A stretch of 64,000 bases of DNA from Eledone cirrhosa (taxonomy: Eukaryota), in the NCBI GenBank assembly GCA_964016885.1, contig OZ024740.1:65162001-65226000 (forward strand), read 5' to 3'. The notes under the pieces were generated by a model that was not told the origin of the DNA, made no database searches, and worked only from the letters and a program-made list of their open reading frames with translations. This document shows positions 26,758 to 40,724 of this stretch, one piece after another (the first letter of the stretch is position 1; every line of letters begins with the position of its first letter). The translations under genes were made by a program, and so were the position numbers.

Positions 26758-27035
26758 TATTTAGCAGCTGCTACCTCAGTCGGCCGCCACTCGAGGGCGG
26801 CCGACTGAGGTGAAAGCTGCTAAATAGTCGGTCGTCCTCTTGTCTCTGATTTTCAGCCCCATGGATTTTATCTGTTATATTCCTTTGTTATATTTTGAAT
26901 ACCTGATGATGTCACCGGATTCATACTGAACCCGGTCATTGAAATGATGATAGTACAATAAACCTTTCAAGGTTATACACCAGTCCAGCCTCCTGTTATT
27001 TTATAATAATTAACTCCTTACTCGCACACCAACTA
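26758..27035 (+). mobile_element. Mini-element: GC-rich fold-back head (26758-26826), HHR (26900-26955), AATAAA
   Basis: TATTTAGCAGCT..ACCTCAGTCGGCCGCC...GGCGGCCGACTGAGGT..AGCTGCTAAATA; TAC-CTGATGA-T...ACCGG...CCGGT...T-GAAA-T-GATG-ATA-GTA. Confidence 0.6.
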
Positions 27036-27143
27036 TACAAACGAAGACGTGTGAGTTGCATTACGTTGAGGGCTCTCCATAATATTACATCGAGATTGAC
27101 GATACGGAATGACCAGATCTATCCAGTGGTTTACGAACAAACC

Positions 27144-27209
<66 letters not shown>

Positions 27210-27430
27210 CAAGTATTGCACCAAGAAAAATAAAACGTCGGAGATTATGAATTTATTTTGTTTGACACATGTTTCCGTGTCAATTATATATTTTCTACAT
27301 ATGATGAATACAATATATATTCTTCAATCATATACAATACTTAATTATTTATTACACATCATCAGAAATACTATATTAGAGGAATTCAACAATTCATTAT
27401 ACACACACACACACACGCGCACACACACAT

Positions 27431-27478
<48 letters not shown>

Positions 27479-27487
27479 ACACACACA

Positions 27488-27577
<90 letters not shown>

Positions 27578-27689
27578 CGTGTGTGTGCGTGTGTGTGTGT
27601 GTGTGCGTGTGTGTGTGTGTACGTATATATTCACTCATTTCCTCATTCTACTACAATATTTCTTTTGATATATATATATATATATATAG

Positions 27690-28064
27690 TGAAAAATTGA
27701 ACGGGAACAAAACAGAGGCAGTACGAACAAAGGTTTATTAGTTTCACGCTCTTGAGAGTGGGGTGGTGGTGGGGAACGACGTTTCGGGCATAAGCCCTTC
27801 TTCAGGCAAAAAGTGTGTGGGAAGAGAGTTCCAAGGGTGTGTAGAGGAGTGGGGGAGAGACATTTAGAAAAAGGGGGTGAGAGGAAACGGTACAAATGAA
27901 AATAAATATAAAAGCATAATAAAGGAAAAGTAAACATGAAGTTAAACAAGTGGTGGAAGGGTGTACGGCGTGTAGGGGTGGTGGCGGGTGGAGTGGGGAG
28001 ATGGAGGCGGGGTGTCCGAGCGGGGAGGGCTGAAGGTGGTGTGTGTGTCGGTGTACGTGTGTGT

Positions 28065-28105
<41 letters not shown>

Positions 28106-29865
28106 AATGTGAGAGTTGGGGAAGAACGGGGTTGCATGTTCAGGAAAAGGTGTGGGCTGGGGTGTAGCTCGGTGGGTGTGCGTGTGTGGATAGGGAGGGG
28201 GTCAGAGGGGTAGTGAAGGTGGGTGGGAGAGGATTCCGCAGGCTGAGTGTGTAAATATGTGGTGGTACGCACGTGTGTGTGGTGTTTATACGTATTGTGG
28301 ATGTAGGCGGCTGGGGAAATATTATGTCCGTGGGTAAGTTCCTAAGTTAGTTCCGTAAAGGATGTGGTGGGGTGCCGCATAATTTCCTTGTGATAGAGTT
28401 GATTCGTGGGAGTGATGTCTAATGTGTGTAATCCGTGGATGGGTTGGTCGGAAGAGGGGAGATGTGGGGTGCGCGCGCAACAGGAAGTGGTCAGAGTGTC
28501 AAAGCAGGAGGAGGGTTGTGTGTCTGTGTGTGCGGAGAGGTGGTCAGAGATTCAGGGCATAGCAGCAGTCGGGGAGAATGGCAAGTGGAGAAAGTCGGTG
28601 TGTCAGTGTTCGTGGAGGTGCGGTGGACAGGGGAGAGGATGAGGTGGGGAGTGGGTGTATTAGTAGAGGTGTTAGTGGGATGTGTGTGTGTGTGTGAGAA
28701 TGGGTGTGGGTGGAGCGGAGAGAGGGAGGGGGAGAGAACGGTGTGGGGGACGGTGGAGGGAGTGTAGTGTACTGGTGTGTGCGTGTTTGGATCAGTGTGG
28801 TGAAGGGTGTGTTAGTGGGTGTGAGTATACTAGTAGTGGGGAAAGGGTTGAATGCGGGCGTTAGTGGGGGTCAGTGGTGGTAGGGTGTGTAGAGTGGGTG
28901 GTGTAAGTGGGTGTGTGTGTTCGTGTGCGTGGGGTCCGGGGGTGTTAGTGGTATTAGTTGTGGGTGATGGGAGTGGATGTGTGGGTGAGGGTTAGTGGTG
29001 GTAGTAGGGTGTGTAGTTAGTGTGAGTGCGTGTATATATGTACCGGTGGGTGTGTGCGTGATAAGGGGCGGGGAGAAGAAAGGATGTTAGTATTGTTAGT
29101 TGAGGAAGGGTGGTCGGGTGTGGGGTGGGGGTGTTAGTATTGTTAGTTGTGGGGTGGGCGATGAAAAGGAGGAGTGTGTTAGTGGTGTTAGTGGGGGATA
29201 TGTGTGTGTGGGGGGGTCGAAGGCTAAATAAATAGGGGGGTCAGTCCGGGGTGAGTGTGGGTCTGTAGGGTGAAGATGGTGCCTTGTTCGACCCTGAGGA
29301 GGGTGGCGGGTGTTCCGTGGCATTGGAGTAGGCCACAGACTGAGGTTGTGCGCCGAATGTCCAGCGGAGCCAAAGTGGCGGGCGATGGGGGAACTACCGC
29401 CGAGACGGATATCCCGGTGGTGTTCGGTAGACGACGTCCAGTCTGTCTGACGTAGGTTGCGCTGCACTCTGTGCAGTGAAGCCCATAGACTAGGTTGGAG
29501 GAGGTGCAGCGGAAGGCATGCCGGACAGAGAGAGAGTGGCCGTTGGGAACCTGAAAGGTGGTGGCGTTGGTGATGTGGGGACAGTTGTTGCAACGAGGCC
29601 TGGACAGGGAAGGGAACCGGGAGGCGGAGGGGGGGGGGGGTTGAAGAGAGCGTGGTTTGGGGGTAGGGATCTGCAGATGAGGAGGGTGCGGAGACTGCGT
29701 GCGCGTTTGAAGGGGAAGATGTAGGAGGTGGAGGGGTCGGACTGGAGGCGTCGGAAGAGGCGGAGGATGTTGCGGTGGAGGGGTAGGGTGGTCTAAAAGG
29801 TGCGAAACGTGTCATCCGCTGTTCGTTGTTTTGAATATCGAGAATCCCCCCGGAGCCCATCCCCT
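27690..29865 (-). mobile_element. Penelope/Poseidon-like PLE fragment with GIY-YIG remnant, long C/A-rich 3' UTR and minimal HHR (27776-27807)
   Basis: Minus frames: F.CTSSNLVYGLHC..C.ATYV.QTGRRL; EHHRDIR....PIARHF...GHS; CTGAAGA-AGGGC-TTAT-GCCC-GAAACGTC then AATAAA. Confidence 0.75.
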
Positions 29866-30474
29866 AACCCCCCCCCCCCCCCCCCCCCCCGAACACTGGA
29901 CCCCCGGACCCCCAGTTGATGGATGTGAATCCGAAATATATAGGGAAAATGAAATCTCTCCCAAGTAAGTTGTTTTCGTGTTATTATTTTTATCCTTTAC
30001 GCTCTCCTACATTCTTCTACACGCTACACATGTCAACCTACATTCACTTACATCTCTCTCTCCACCACCGGATCTTGTTACCCGGAGATTTACCCATCTG
30101 CATTGTTGAGGCTTCCAAAACGACCTAAAGAAATATACCTTATATATATATAAATGCATACATGAAAAGAGCTCAGCCGTCAGGGTCCTGGGTCTTTTCC
30201 TATTACACACTCTACTACCCTAAGTATCGAGTATGGTCCACCTGGTTGCTTACCACAATTCATTCGTTTTATATATATATATATATATTTAATACAATAA
30301 CAGAGAAAGCTTTAAGCTAAACTCTGACTGGCAACCTTCTCACTCAAGAAACATTAGTATATACGTTAGTATAATCCCAATTTTATGTTTGGGGTGCTAA
30401 CTATATGTATTTTGTGGAAAGCCAGTTGTATTATTTTATATGAGATATAATTAAAATTAAAATATATCTCTCTT

Positions 30475-30596
30475 TCCAAACAATTGTTTCATTATAAGTT
30501 TTCTACAAGTTGGGAGAATGTTTCCGGTTTATGTAGAAGCCTACATATTTTTCTGTAAGAACACATGCAGATGGGCACTTATAAATCATCAGTGGA
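30475..30596 (-). ncRNA. Type I hammerhead motif with long stem II insert (PLE 3' end fragment ~30288-30600)
   Basis: TCCA-CTGATGA-T-TTATAAG...CTTATAA-T-GAAA-C-AATT-GTT-TGGA. Confidence 0.75.
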
Positions 30597-30679
30597 TGCC
30601 CATTAAACTTTGATATAAGAAAAAGATTTCTTACCGCAGTTATTTTTCGTGTCAGCTAAGTCGTCCCTTCACGCATCAA

Positions 30680-31270
30680 ATGACCGCCAAATTTGAAATT
30701 CCAGCAGTCTTTAGACTGAGGAATTTCACAGCGTCACGAAGCGGAAAAGGGAGGCAATCGCGAATCACAAGTAAGTAAAATAATATACACGTGGGTTAAT
30801 TAGTTTATATATATATATAAGTGTATGTTGTTCCGCATGTCTGAGATTTATAAGGGGAGCGTGGAAGTATGACAAATGATGTGGAGAGCATAGCGGGTAT
30901 AGGGAGAAGTTGAACGTTTAAATATTTGGGGATAAGGGATTATATATTGAGAGGAAGTGTTTTAAAATCACCAAAAATGAATTGATTTAATATTTCATGG
31001 AAAGTGTTATTTGCATCTGCCTACTGAGGACGACAACCTATTCTACTTACATGTTATATTCCATTTTGTTCAGGTAGTTTGTGCTTAGAATATCAGATTA
31101 TATCCTATATGTAAAAAAACAAAAACATCGTACAAAATAACAAAAGCTATCTCTTATGTTTGAAGTTTTTCAAGAAAATAAGTATTTACACTTGTTTTGT
31201 TTCCAGATGTTATTGATCATAAAAAAAACAACCTATATTTACATGATATACGTAAGGTTATAGCGCTGAG
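30680..31270 (+). other. Candidate spliced transcript or small ORF: exons 30680-30770 and 31207-31270
   Basis: Donor CAA|GTAAGT, acceptor TTGTTTTGTTTCCAG|, donor GAG|GTGAGT; ATG-initiated frame stays open across the junction. Confidence 0.35.
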
Positions 31271-31723
31271 GTGAGTCTCATGTTCAGCTGAAAAAACAAA
31301 GATCTTTTTATGACTCTTTATTTATGTTTAACATGCAGAACATTCTCATTTATCAATATGTACTAAGAACATGTTAGGCTGTTTATTTATTAATTTTTTT
31401 CATATACTTTATCTCACACATATCATAGCATCTAAATTCTAAAATGTCAACATTTCACTTTACACTCGCAATTTGTCTTTTTCTTACACAAAATATGTCT
31501 ACATACTTCATTTCTTATTATATGCTCACTACACTTGATTGCCAATAGAAAATATCAATACCTTATCATCCTTTCATTGAGTCTCAAACAATTTTCTCAT
31601 TCATCTTCCACCGGATATTTCTTTTCTATTTCTCAGGAGAAGATGCATGCATATATTATAAATTGTTCTGAAGCAACACACATACACATATAAACACGCG
31701 CACACGCATACACACACACACAG

Positions 31724-31773
<50 letters not shown>

Positions 31774-31955
31774 ACGTATATATTTATGTGTGTATATATA
31801 TATATGTGGGTGTGTGTATGTATATGTATACACACATGTATATACATGTATATACATATATATATACATATATATACATATATGCATATATATATGTATA
31901 TATATGTATATACATGTATATACATCTGTGTATACATACATATATACACATACAT

Positions 31956-32058
<103 letters not shown>

Positions 32059-32119
32059 CATACATACACGCACACACATACATATATAAACAGAAACATA
32101 CATATATATACACACACTT

Positions 32120-32158
<39 letters not shown>

Positions 32159-35100
32159 CTGTCTAAGATTTACTAATAACTAAAATGAACGCATCCATAT
32201 AACTCCACTATATTTTCAGCGTGTAAGTTTAAATGATAGAAGGAAAAGAACGATATCGATTTTTTAGAGAACATTTAAAACTCTATGTCGACTAGACGGC
32301 TGCACGTTCTATTTCATGAAAATATAAATAATATTTTTTTTAAAGGGTGTTGCTGTTAGAACGTATTTCCAAATGACAATTTTGCATGAGACCTTCAAAC
32401 AAATAATGAAAGCATGAAGAAGATATGATTTGGCTACTATGACAGAAATTATCGTATGGCAGAAAAAGAGTACCTATGATTTCGCTAGATTACACCCAAT
32501 GTACACGATGTTACATATGCTGTGTAATGTGATCAATGTCAGGTATACAGAACAGTTGCAACTATTAGCATTCAGGGAAATGTTCTAAAGACTTCTTTGG
32601 AATTTCCCAAGGCTTTTGTTACCTATGTGTTATACTCAATAGTTAAAAGGTGTTCTCTAGTTATACTGTAGCCAAACGTAAAACAGCTTTGGGACCATTC
32701 AGCAAACTACTATTTCTATTGCAAACAATGAATGAGAGGGGAACATGGCTATTTAATATAAAGGATTGGCTGGAAAGAAATAAAATGAGGACTTACGCAG
32801 GCTGTGTCAATTGCAATTTAATGTGCTTAAACACCTTAGACCACATGAAGTTAAAAACCATAAAACATTCGGGCTCGCTAGATATTAGCCGTACTTGTGC
32901 AAAAAAAAAAAAAAAAAAATAGGACTGCGACAATGGATATTCTTATTTATGTTAGATGTATTCGAATATACATATTCACACATATTATAGAGAGACACAG
33001 TAACATGCCTTCATGTACTTATATGTACTTGCCGATAGATGTAAATTGTTAGGTGCGGAGGTTATCAGTAGCCATAGGCATAACAATTCTAGACACAGTC
33101 TAGGTCTTCAGCTCTTCAGGTCAACATTTGTTCGATTTGTAAGAAATATGTAGAGCGACATTTGTTCCATGTGGTTGTTGACAACCAGAGAAGGAACATT
33201 ACAAAGTGGATACAGAGTAATTAGAATAATATTTGCAGTGAAAACCATATATCGGAATAGCGAAATGAAGGTAAACGGGAACATTATTGAGAATCATTAG
33301 GCTTGAAAACAAGCTATTTCAGTTTAGTTGACTCGCACAAAACCCAAATTGTGTCGATCAACTTGAAAAATTTGCCAAAGAGACGAGCTTTCTATTTAAG
33401 ATGTGACTTTGATTTTCTTCTTTCATTTTGAATAGTGTAATGGCTGAAATAGTATGAACTTGATGAGTAGAATTCCATGTGCAACCTGTGAAAATGTGGT
33501 TCGAGGTTATCGTAAATGCATCTTTACATCGCGCCGATCAGAGGAATTGAACCCTGTACCACTTTAATATGGCACGAACTGAAGTGTCATGTCTGTTCCA
33601 TAGATAATAGAAATCACCACACTTTACAAATCTGCATTACATCTGAAAGAATGCTAACGGTCATATTCAGAAATCATCAAATTTTGTGATTCTGAACCAT
33701 TACAATGTATTTAAACATTTGCAGAATGAGAAGTTCCAAGCAATTTATTTAATGATAGAAAGTTAAAATAGAGTTTAATTTTTTGAACAATGCTCCGTAA
33801 TATATCTATATGATGTCGCGTTATGTAACACTAAAGATATTGACAACAGATGTAAAAAGATGGGACTGAATGTATTAGAAAAAGTATAAATAAAAATGTG
33901 TGACTTTAATTCCTGGCCCAGCCCCACTAGTCTTTAGTCTTACTGTATTTTTCTTTTTAATTGAAATCGATCATCAGATTGTATATACACTTTCATCAAA
34001 GTTGTATCGCAAGATCCTAATACATTTGTTTCAATTGTCTTTTAATTGTGATCTTCCATTGTACAGCTGTACATTGCAAATTTATATGACTGATAGTTTT
34101 GCTATGAAATAGTTCAATTGTGTAAAACATATTCAATTGCTATAGATTACTTCGTTTAAACATATCAAACTTCATGAAGGAGTAAAGATTTTATGAAAAT
34201 TGCGTTTTATCTTGAGGCAATCAGAAGGATATTTGAAACCGTTTCATTTGTAATCAAAAGAATGTGCGCCATTATATTACTAGTGAATTAGCGCCTTCGG
34301 CAGACTCTATGAGGTCCGTCATTACATAGGAAATTCTTTGATGTAGCAAAATAAATTAGATAATGACCGTGGTAAGGAGAGCGAATTATATGAAAAGAAG
34401 AAAATATTACTAAAATGAATACACTTGATATTATAAGTTTTGTCTTCCTTCGAGCAAATTCGTCATACTAACCAAATTATAGAATGAGCCAATATACATA
34501 AAATATAAGAGATTATAAATACATCCTTTGAGGAATAATTTTATTGTAATTTATCGTTAATATATGTTCACGTCAGATGTCAGTAATGTAATCTACGGAA
34601 GATCCCTTTCTCATAGAAAGAACAATAAAAAACAAAACAATAACGTAATGATAAATGCCCTAAAAATGAAGCTAAAAAACTGTCATTGCTTAAGAAAAAA
34701 TAAAAAAAAATTAAATTTACAAGTTTAACAATACTGCCTGCAAGACTGCGGAATATATGATTATATATTTCATTGACAAAAAAAAAAAAAAAAAAAAGAA
34801 GAAACAAAACAAAACTGCGTGAAAGCCGTCAATTAGACGCAAAAATCAGAATGGAGAGAAATAGTTCTTTGATTGTATAGTATCGGATAAAAAAAATCTA
34901 TAACATTGTGAATAATATATTATATAATAACATGCACTCAATTGTTATTGCTCCTTCAATTTCCTTCGAATTTCTATTAAACTATGACGAACAAGAACAA
35001 TGGTCAGTTTCTCTGTGCCGAGTCCTTAATAAATAACTATATAATGCTTCTAACTATTCAGTCTGTCATTATGAGTTGCTTATTCGTTCTGTACATTGAG

Positions 35101-36474
35101 TGATATAGTCAGCGTCTGAAGATCGATACCTGCTTATAACTATCAAATTATAGAAATTTCATCCAGTGGTTAGTCTCTCTCCGATGACGTTAACCTTGTT
35201 GGTTCGGCTATAAACAGGGGTTCTTTTAACGGAAGACGAATAAAAATAAATATCGTATACATTCAATTTTACGTCAATCGCTGCTGCACTTTTCCTATTC
35301 CCCTCCGCAACCTAAAACTTCATTTCACCAAATCTTGACAATGGCATTGCCATTGAGAAATGAATCTGGGAAGATGAAATAGTTAATTTAGTGAATATCG
35401 CTGGTTGCTCTCCATGGCGAACCATCGTCATTTTGACAGCTGGGTATAGATAGGATGTCCTGCTAAAATGAGTTGGCTTTGTTTTATTAAATTATTGTCG
35501 TTTTTTATTATATGATATTATATATGGTGAAGCACATATCTTAAAATGCTTCCCCATATTGGTTTCCGATTATAAATGTTTATCAATGATGAGTCGTAGT
35601 AAAGAAAGAATTAATAATATATTAAGGGAAAATGCACTAATGTGTGTCCTGTTACGTGATACATACATTTACATAGAAAACCTGATTTCACCGAGGAAAT
35701 CGCTGATACATCAGGCATATAGTTTTTAAAATACCTTTTAGTTTATTTTCAATTTTAGGGTTCATTCTCTATCATCCTTCAGCAATATAGTATTTTATAG
35801 TCATAGGTCTACTGGTTTATATGTTTATGGTATATTAATGGAAGATGATCTTATGAGGTTCTTGTTACTGTAATATGCACGATATATTTGAGTATAAATG
35901 CGAACCAAAATACTTAAAGATTTACTCTATATATTTTTATTCATAAGATATACATTTAGATTACGCGGAACACATTATACCATGTTAAATATTTTATATT
36001 TGTATCATGGCAACAATGTTTTATTAAGTTACTAAATTCCTATTTACAACTGAATGAAATATGAGAAGGAAATAAACATTTTTCCTGCTGAAGCAAATTA
36101 AATTAGTTAACTATCATATAGTCAATCGTGAACACAATATTTCAATAAATCACCAACTAAACTGTCTCTTCCAATTGCATTATCATAGGCTTCCATAACG
36201 CAGCATCCTCCCCCATTTTACCAAACTGTGTAAAATTCTGTTCTGTGCTATGCTATGAGTTGCATTGCGGCAAATACCTATTACACCGGCAATACTATCC
36301 GAAAAAATGCATATATTTTGTGTACATGGATAGGCTAATAGCTTCTTGAAAAAGAAACGTACAGGCACACATAGTCACAGATACAGGCACATACACATGC
36401 ACTCACTCACACACACACACATATACACACACACATACACATAATCACACACACACACACATATATATATATAG

Positions 36475-36657
36475 AAATAGTTCCATAACAGACAATTCAC
36501 CATTTCCGGGAACAATTTATTTCACCTTAGACGGATCATCAACTCGTGTTCTCGGAAATTGTGAATTAGCTGCTGAAGAACTACTTCTACCAAACTCCAA
36601 ACTCGCCACATGGACTGAGTGTTCTACTACTACGAATATAACCCACTAGTGTTCTAC

Positions 36658-36660
<3 letters not shown>
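36475..36660 (-). mobile_element. PLE 3' end fragment with degenerate HHR and extended stem I (36494-36567)
   Basis: CGAG-TTGATGA-T-CC-GTCTAA-GG-T-GAAA-TAAATT-GTT-CCCG, resembling the 26224 motif; between (TA)n tracts. Confidence 0.6.
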
Positions 36661-36719
<59 letters not shown>

Positions 36720-36724
<5 letters not shown>

Positions 36725-37509
36725 TATGTATACGTACATACATATATGTGTACAGACGCACAGTAGTGTGTGTATATATACATACATGCACCCATATATA
36801 TATGTTCGTATGGGTTTACCGAACATTTATTATAAGGTTCAGTTTGTTTGTAAACAACCAGCCCGAATTACGCCGTACAGTGGTCGGCAACTATCGTCGC
36901 CCTTTTGTTCAACACAGGCACAGGAACGATGTACTAGTTTCAAGCTTATTAGCTATCCTCAGCATCGTATACCTTTCTGTCAGATGATTGAACGTCTGAA
37001 AGTATATACTTTCCTCATGCATATTAACGACTAAGCAGCCTAATTTGCATATCGAGTGAGTTAGTCGGCCGGGCATACCGAAAAGGTTTTCGGTATGCCC
37101 GGCCGACTAACTCACTCGCTATGCAAATTAGGCTGCTTAGTCGTTAATATGCATGAGGAAAGTATATACTTTCAGACGTTCAATCATCTGACAGAAAGGT
37201 ATACGATGGTGAGGATAGCTAATAAGCTTGAAACTAGTACATCGTTCCTGTGCCTGTGTTGAACAAAAGGGCGACGATAGTTGCCGACCACTGTACGGCG
37301 TAATTCGAGCTGTTTGTCTACAAACAAACTGAACCATATAATAAATGTTCGGTAAACCCATACGTACATATATATATATATGTGCATGTATGTATGTATA
37401 TACATACTACTGTGCGTCTGTACACATATATGTATGTATGTATACATACTTATATTTAGGTATCACCCGTACTAAGAGTGAGAAATGAACTTTTGTTTCA
37501 TTCTTTTCC

Positions 37510-37510
<1 letters not shown>
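36720..37510. mobile_element. Retrozyme-like element (sister subfamily) as a ~730-bp near-perfect palindrome centred at 37085/37086
   Basis: Arms 36720-37084 and 37087-37454 are reverse complements; HHR in each arm; shares CTATGCAAATTAG.CTGC and tail motifs with the 471-nt unit. Confidence 0.85.
36926..36968 (-). ncRNA. Minimal type I hammerhead ribozyme (plus-arm copy 37203-37245 has C3->G)
   Basis: ACGATG-CTGAGGA-T-AGCT-AATA-AGCT-T-GAAA-CTAG-TA-CATCGT. Confidence 0.85.
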
Positions 37511-37575
<65 letters not shown>

Positions 37576-38458
37576 CGAAACACCTTAAAGGAATACTGTA
37601 ATATTGTACCCTGAATTAGTTATACACACATATAAGATAACAGACATTGATCCCTGGAATATGCAGATATCATATATATGCCAACGAATCATTATTAGCA
37701 TGAAACAGGTAGGTAGAGGTCTAGCATTTCTATTTTATACGTACTAATATTTGCACCAATCTAAAGAATATATACTGGGTGCTGACGCTGCCCCGTAAAA
37801 TTTACATATATGGAAATTAACAATGAAAATTAGGAATTAGAAATGAGGCTAACATATTAGTAAGAGAAATAAATATTCCATAAATATAATGAGAGTTTTA
37901 GCGTAGAATAGCATGAAATGTAAGTCAATGTTTCATATCGTTGCCTAGTTTCATTCAACACTTCACAGTAATAGATAATTATAGTAAATGTATGTAATGA
38001 TTTACGAGGAGAAGTAAAACTGTCTACGATGTGCGAGGAATACACCAAAAGACACTTAATATCAAACTGAACAAGTTGTTCTGAGAGGATCTTAGTATTA
38101 TATGGCAAGCTACACTTTGCAGAGAAGAAGGAATAATATGTGAAGTAAATTGACTCCTGATGGAAAGCAAACTTAAGGAGCAAGTTACTCACACCTGAAG
38201 CAATGCCAATATCTTTCCGCTTTCATGGTACATTAAAGAAGCAAACAAACGGAACAACATTTATTTGAATAATTCATTAAAAGATGAAAGTTGAATGTTG
38301 CTGCTCATTCTATCACATGGCATATTTAATAGCTTTGGTGGTGCGTCATGTAAACGCGCGCACACAGCAACAGACGCTTACACAGAGACACACACACATA
38401 TATATATATGAATGTATATATATATATGAATGAATATATATATAAATGTGTGTATATA

Positions 38459-38584
<126 letters not shown>

Positions 38585-38640
38585 TACGCACACACACACA
38601 TACATATATTTATATATATATATAAACATATATATATATA

Positions 38641-38690
<50 letters not shown>

Positions 38691-39491
38691 TAACAGGTTT
38701 ATATCAAAATTATTCACCGCAGTTAACTCATAACTATTTGATTGAGTTAGCATAACATACCAAGTTTCTGATGACGATCATTCAAAGAACATATTTGAAT
38801 GGGAGCCAGAATAATCAAATTTTACGGTTGCTAGGGAATTTAACAAGATTGGATAACTTTGAAATTAATTAAGATATATTCATGTGACTGAAATCAAACG
38901 ATTTATCACGTCAGCGAAATCACATAAAATTTTGAATATTTCTCTGCAATATGAATACTTGCCAGCTTGTAAGGATGGTCTATGTTTATTTGTTGTCTTA
39001 TAGATATGGAGATTCTTTTATTACTGAAAACCATTGTTCAATATTTAAAAGCTTTGCAAAGGGTGTGAAGAGAATTTTATATGTATATCGAAAAATATGT
39101 CGAAGTTTCATCAATATTTAGAACTACCGCCAGGACCGGTTGACTTAAGATATTTGACAATACTTATGAACGATTTATTGATTATTAATCTTAAATACAT
39201 AATTAATATTAATATCAATTATATCGTTTCCTTTAAATGGGGCAATTAAAAATTCTATTTTAAACGTCCCCAGTGCAAATTTAATTATTAATAACTGCGC
39301 ATGTGCACATTAGAGAAGCCAAGCTATTAGACGCCTTGAAATACTCTATTTTATCTTTGCCCGTATTTACCTTTGATGGATTTTAGTGGGTATTAATAAG
39401 TTCTCGAATATTTCAACTAGTGTATAGTTGAAAATGGATATATTACAAAACCAAATGACTCGATTATTCCTTACGAAATTAAGGAACATAA

Positions 39492-39680
39492 ATGGCGCTG
39501 GATTATCAGTATCGGTAGAGCGTAGGATACCCTGCATGCAGCAGAGAGTTACAGCATTTTACGGTCTGAGTTCAAATCCCACCGAGGTTAACTTTGCTGT
39601 TCATCCTCAGCGGGTCGATAAAATAAAGCACAAGTAATGAACTGGGTTCGATTTAATCGATTTTCCTTCCCTCAACAAAC
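39492..39680 (+). mobile_element. tRNA-derived SINE
   Basis: CAGTATCGGTAGAG, GAGTTCAAATCCC, Nin-like core. Confidence 0.8.
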
Positions 39681-39814
39681 CAACCAGATCACGGAAACAC
39701 CGTAATTTCAAACGTGGAGAGAAAAAATAAATATTTGGATGAAGAAATGAAGAGGTGGCATAGCTGACATACATAAAATCTAGATTATATACTTAACTTG
39801 GTTCTATCATAAAA

Positions 39815-40012
39815 TAAATTTTGGTTTCTTATTTAGGCAAATGGTCCGCAATTTTGGGAAGGGAAAAGTAGATTAAATCGACCCCAGTGCATTACTGGTA
39901 CTTTATTTATCGACCCCGTAATGATGAAAGTTGAAGTTAACCTCGGCAAGATTTGAACTCAGATCTAAAAAGTCGTAAACTCAATGCCATAAAGCATGTT
40001 GTCCGACGTTCC
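39815..40012 (-). mobile_element. tRNA-derived SINE
   Basis: Reverse complement of core and tail (ATCGACCCCAGTGCATTACTGGTAC, GATTTGAACTCAG). Confidence 0.8.
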
Positions 40013-40724
40013 ACATTGACGCTATATTAGGTGGATATTTATATGCTTATAATATCTGATACGTTTGTCCAGTAGCAACGTGCTGAAATCGGTGTCAGAT
40101 ACATACCCCGCTTAGCCGATTTACATTTTTTTTAACTTTAGAAAAATCCGATATCCAGGGTCGCTACGCAACCTTCCGAGATGTTGTTATCGGGTCAGAA
40201 ATGGCCATCTACAAGAATGAACACCGCGGGAAGAGTAGGCTACGTTATAGCATCTGCTTCGCAATACTCCGGATAACGCATCACTGCTCTGTACTTTGGA
40301 GCTGTTAGATAACATCCATTCAACGGATTTCAAAGAACGACATAAGGTAGTGTTATCAGTTAATGATTTTTATCATCATTTCATAATAGCGTTCTTTAAA
40401 TAATAATCTCACAGGAGCACTATTATTTACGATGCATTTACATATTAATAGAAATTATATAATCCTCAAAACGAGCCTGTTTTATGGGTTGTTGCTGTTG
40501 CAAGTTGTAGATGTCTACAAAATCATATTATGACTAACTACGAAATAGGATTTAATTTGAATGCAGAACTACCTTCCCTTGATTTGTACAATTTGAATAT
40601 AGCTAATGGCGCTCAAGGTCCTTCCTGATTAGGATGCAGTGTGTAACATGTGGAAATTCAGACGGAGAATTGACAGTGACACTAAAGCAACACATAGAAC
40701 GATTCGCATTATTTATATCTGCAT

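Noticed and set aside
29096-29860. 254-aa Pro/Ser-rich ORF as a host gene
   Set aside because: A mixture of off-frame and in-frame PLE GIY-YIG remnant plus low-complexity C-rich sequence
29910-29946. HHR-like CCC-AGTTGAT-GGAT...ATCC-GAAA-TATA-TA-GGG
   Set aside because: Core is incomplete; at best a dead remnant
33095-33125. Two CTGAAGA cores on the minus strand
   Set aside because: No GAAA-stem III-UH and no stem I partner
35129-35207. Minus-strand exon-like segment with AG/GT ends
   Set aside because: Stops in all three frames and no independent support
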